Shown here: piece after piece, positions 62,330 through 64,000 of the stretch | Layout of the letters: every line of letters begins with the position of its first letter | Numbering within the stretch: position 1 is the stretch's first letter | Origin: an uncultured Mycoplasma sp. | GTDB lineage: Bacteria > Bacillota_I > Bacilli_A > RF39 > UBA660 | Assembly (NCBI GenBank): GCA_964430375.1 | Contig: CAYSEZ010000001.1 | Coordinates: 532 to 64,531 of the forward strand | Direction: 5' to 3' | Length of the DNA stretch: 64,000 bases | Translations under genes and position numbers: made by a program | Notes under the pieces: generated by a model | The model's database searches: none | What the model saw: only the letters and a program-made list of their open reading frames with translations | Told to the model about the DNA's origin: nothing

Positions 62330-62337
62330 ATAACACC

Positions 62338-62985
62338 TCAATCAGTAATTAAATCTAATATATCTTCATCCTTAGCATCTTCTTCATATGTACCATAATC
62401 TTCAATATACTGAATAAAATTATCAGTATATACAGTTGGACCTAAAAGTTTAAAGCTTTCTTCATCATATAAAGGTCCATCATTTAAAATTAAAGTTTCT
62501 ACTACTTTTTCATTATAATTAATACTATTTAAAATAATAATAGACTTAGAAAGTGCCTCGTTTATATTATTAGTAACTACTTCTATTTTAGCATAATTAT
62601 ACATAATTTCAAGTAGATATTTATCATTTAATTCAAATATTTGTACATATCCTGTGATTCCATTATAATTTAAGGATTTAAAATAATATGTCGAATTTTC
62701 ATTATTATATGTATTATTTACTTTATTATAAAAACTAACTATATCAACATATAAATAGTATTTATCTCCATCTGAATATAAAATATTATTACTATTAGTA
62801 TCATTTATTAAAGTCATATCTACTGGTGTATATAATTTATATCCCTTTAAATATGTATTAGGTTTATTAGTTTCTTTTATATTAATATCTATTATTTCAT
62901 CTATAGATAAATTATTTATATTATAACAACCTGTAAATAAGAATACCATAAATAATAATAAAATAATTTTTTTCAAATTAATCAC
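62338..62985 (-). CDS. Lipoprotein of unknown function
   Basis: Lipobox LFTGC. Overlaps the trmB stop by 8 nt. Confidence 0.65.
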   Translation of the reverse strand: MINLKKIILLLFMVFLFTGCYNINNLSIDEIIDINIKETNKPNTYLKGYKLYTPVDMTLINDTNSNNILYSDGDKYYLYVDIVSFYNKVNNTYNNENSTYYFKSLNYNGITGYVQIFELNDKYLLEIMYNYAKIEVVTNNINEALSKSIIILNSINYNEKVVETLILNDGPLYDEESFKLLGPTVYTDNFIQYIEDYGTYEEDAKDEDILDLITD

Positions 62986-63613
62986 CTCTTTTATAAACTT
63001 CTAGCATATAAATTGGATACCCTTTAGAAGAAAATTTATCTTCATATTCTGTATTTATATTATCACTTTTTTCATCATTATGCAAATCTAATGATATATC
63101 TTTTAATACATAACCATTATTTGAAAATGAAATAAGTGAATATTCAAATAACTTTCTATTATCTGTTTTTTGTTTTATTATATAGTCATTTTTAAATGTT
63201 TTTTCATATACTTTTATATAATTTGGACTAGTTAGTCTTCTTTTTATATTTCTTTTTTTTGGCCAAGGATCAGAAAAGTTTAAATATATAGTTTTTATTT
63301 CTTTATCAAATATTTGATCTATTTTATCAGCATCTATATTTATTAGTTTTAAATTTGGTAATTCTTGATCTATATTTTTTATACCTAGTGCTAAAACACT
63401 AGCATTTTTTTCTATACCTATAAAATTAATATCTTTATATCTTTTTGCATTTTCTATAATAAATTTACATTTACCCGTTCCAACTTCTAAATAAATGTCA
63501 TTATTATTATCAAATACTTTATTCCAATTACCTTTATTTATATATGGGTTATCTATTACATATAAAGAATTTATTAATATCTCTTCTTTATTTTTTATAT
63601 TTCTAATTCGCAT
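62978..63613 (-). CDS. trmB: tRNA (guanine46-N7)-methyltransferase
   Basis: LEVGTGKC SAM motif and NFSDPWPKKR block. AGGTGA RBS. Confidence 0.9.
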   Translation of the reverse strand: MRIRNIKNKEEILINSLYVIDNPYINKGNWNKVFDNNNDIYLEVGTGKCKFIIENAKRYKDINFIGIEKNASVLALGIKNIDQELPNLKLINIDADKIDQIFDKEIKTIYLNFSDPWPKKRNIKRRLTSPNYIKVYEKTFKNDYIIKQKTDNRKLFEYSLISFSNNGYVLKDISLDLHNDEKSDNINTEYEDKFSSKGYPIYMLEVYKRGD

Positions 63614-63651
63614 TTATATCACCTATATTATTGTATCATGTATATTTTAAT

Positions 63652-64000
63652 ATGTAAATTAGGTAATTATTTAAATTAGTTAACCTTTGATTAACTATAA
63701 TATTTTGTATTTTATAAGTTTAATTAGATAATTATTAATCAAGTTAACTTATGGTTACTTTAATATTTTATATTTTAATTTAAAAGTTATTAATTAGTTA
63801 ACCAATGGTTAACTTTTATATTTTATATTTTTAATTTAATAGTTACCAAAAGGTTAACTAATAGTTAATTATGATACTTATATTTTTTTAATTCAGTTAG
63901 GTATTTATTAAAAAAAATTAACTTGAAGTTAACTACAACATTTCATATTTTTAAGTTTAATTAGGTAATTATTAAAAAAATTAGTTAACTTTGGTTAACT
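63652..64000. repeat. Tandem array of at least 6 imperfect ~45-75 bp units, each with a (A/G)TTAAC-N4/5-(A/G)GTTAAC core; truncated by the window edge
   Basis: The cores start at 63679, 63743, 63797, 63842, 63917 and 63984. Unit 3 is a perfect 9+1+9 palindrome, AGTTAACCA-A-TGGTTAACT (63796..63814). The flanks are also conserved: TTTAATTAGGTAATTATTAAA upstream and TATATTTTATATTTT downstream. Confidence 0.8.

Noticed and set aside
61154-62333. Plus-strand ORFs of 138, 64 and 111 aa antisense to the DUF948 gene and the Glu/Lys-rich gene.
   Set aside because: These are reverse complements of GAA/AAA-rich coding sequence (Phe/Ser/Leu-rich products). They overlap better-supported minus-strand genes that have RBSs and operon-like spacing.
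63652-64000. CRISPR array interpretation of the terminal repeats.
   Set aside because: The repeats are imperfect and the period is variable (45-75 bp). The would-be spacers are themselves conserved AT-rich flanks. No cas genes are in view.

Overview
This is a very AT-rich chromosomal segment (by eye about one quarter G+C) that uses the standard code: TGA acts as a stop and TGG encodes Trp. It comes from a low-GC Gram-positive bacterium (Bacillota). Wall genes are present (LtaS, MltG, PBP5-type carboxypeptidase, sortase, NlpC/P60), so it is not a wall-less mollicute. About 60 genes are packed tightly, and all but three or four small or short genes lie on the minus strand.

Most of the window is core housekeeping, arranged in B. 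subtilis-like micro-syntenic blocks:
- alaS (5' part, runs off the left edge)
- ftsA-ftsZ
- yqeG-yqeH
- ireB-ruvX-DUF1292-mltG-yrrM-greA
- hrcA-grpE-dnaK-dnaJ, with a consensus promoter and CIRCE operators
- rny
- polA-mutM
- ytxG/ytxH-like genes
- trmB
- one tRNA-Arg(CCU)

I found no rRNA, CRISPR array, transposase or integrase, and no recognisable prophage or defence island.

The non-routine content, roughly in order of interest:
1. Two paralogous, very cysteine-rich exported proteins share a pilin-like head. One carries a canonical type IV prepilin signal but has no pilus machinery nearby.
2. A tandem array of at least six ~45-75 bp units, each carrying a GTTAAC-N4-GGTTAAC operator-like core, runs off the right edge upstream of trmB.
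3. A lone HerA/FtsK-type ATPase sits directly upstream of ftsA-ftsZ.
4. The heat-shock operon is rearranged: an extra ~104-aa ORF is translationally coupled between grpE and dnaK, pepF lies between dnaK and dnaJ, and there are two CIRCE elements.
5. A ~460-bp leader upstream of an alanine/glycine:cation symporter contains an isolated GC-rich 75-nt patch (a 24-codon ORF or an RNA element) followed by a terminator hairpin.
6. Several candidate small-protein genes fall below the ORF-track cutoff.
7. A degenerate GGDEF sensor is co-transcribed with LtaS.
8. A BclA/C1q-like mini-collagen protein lies next to the tRNA.

All functional calls rest on motif recognition by eye. No database search was run.
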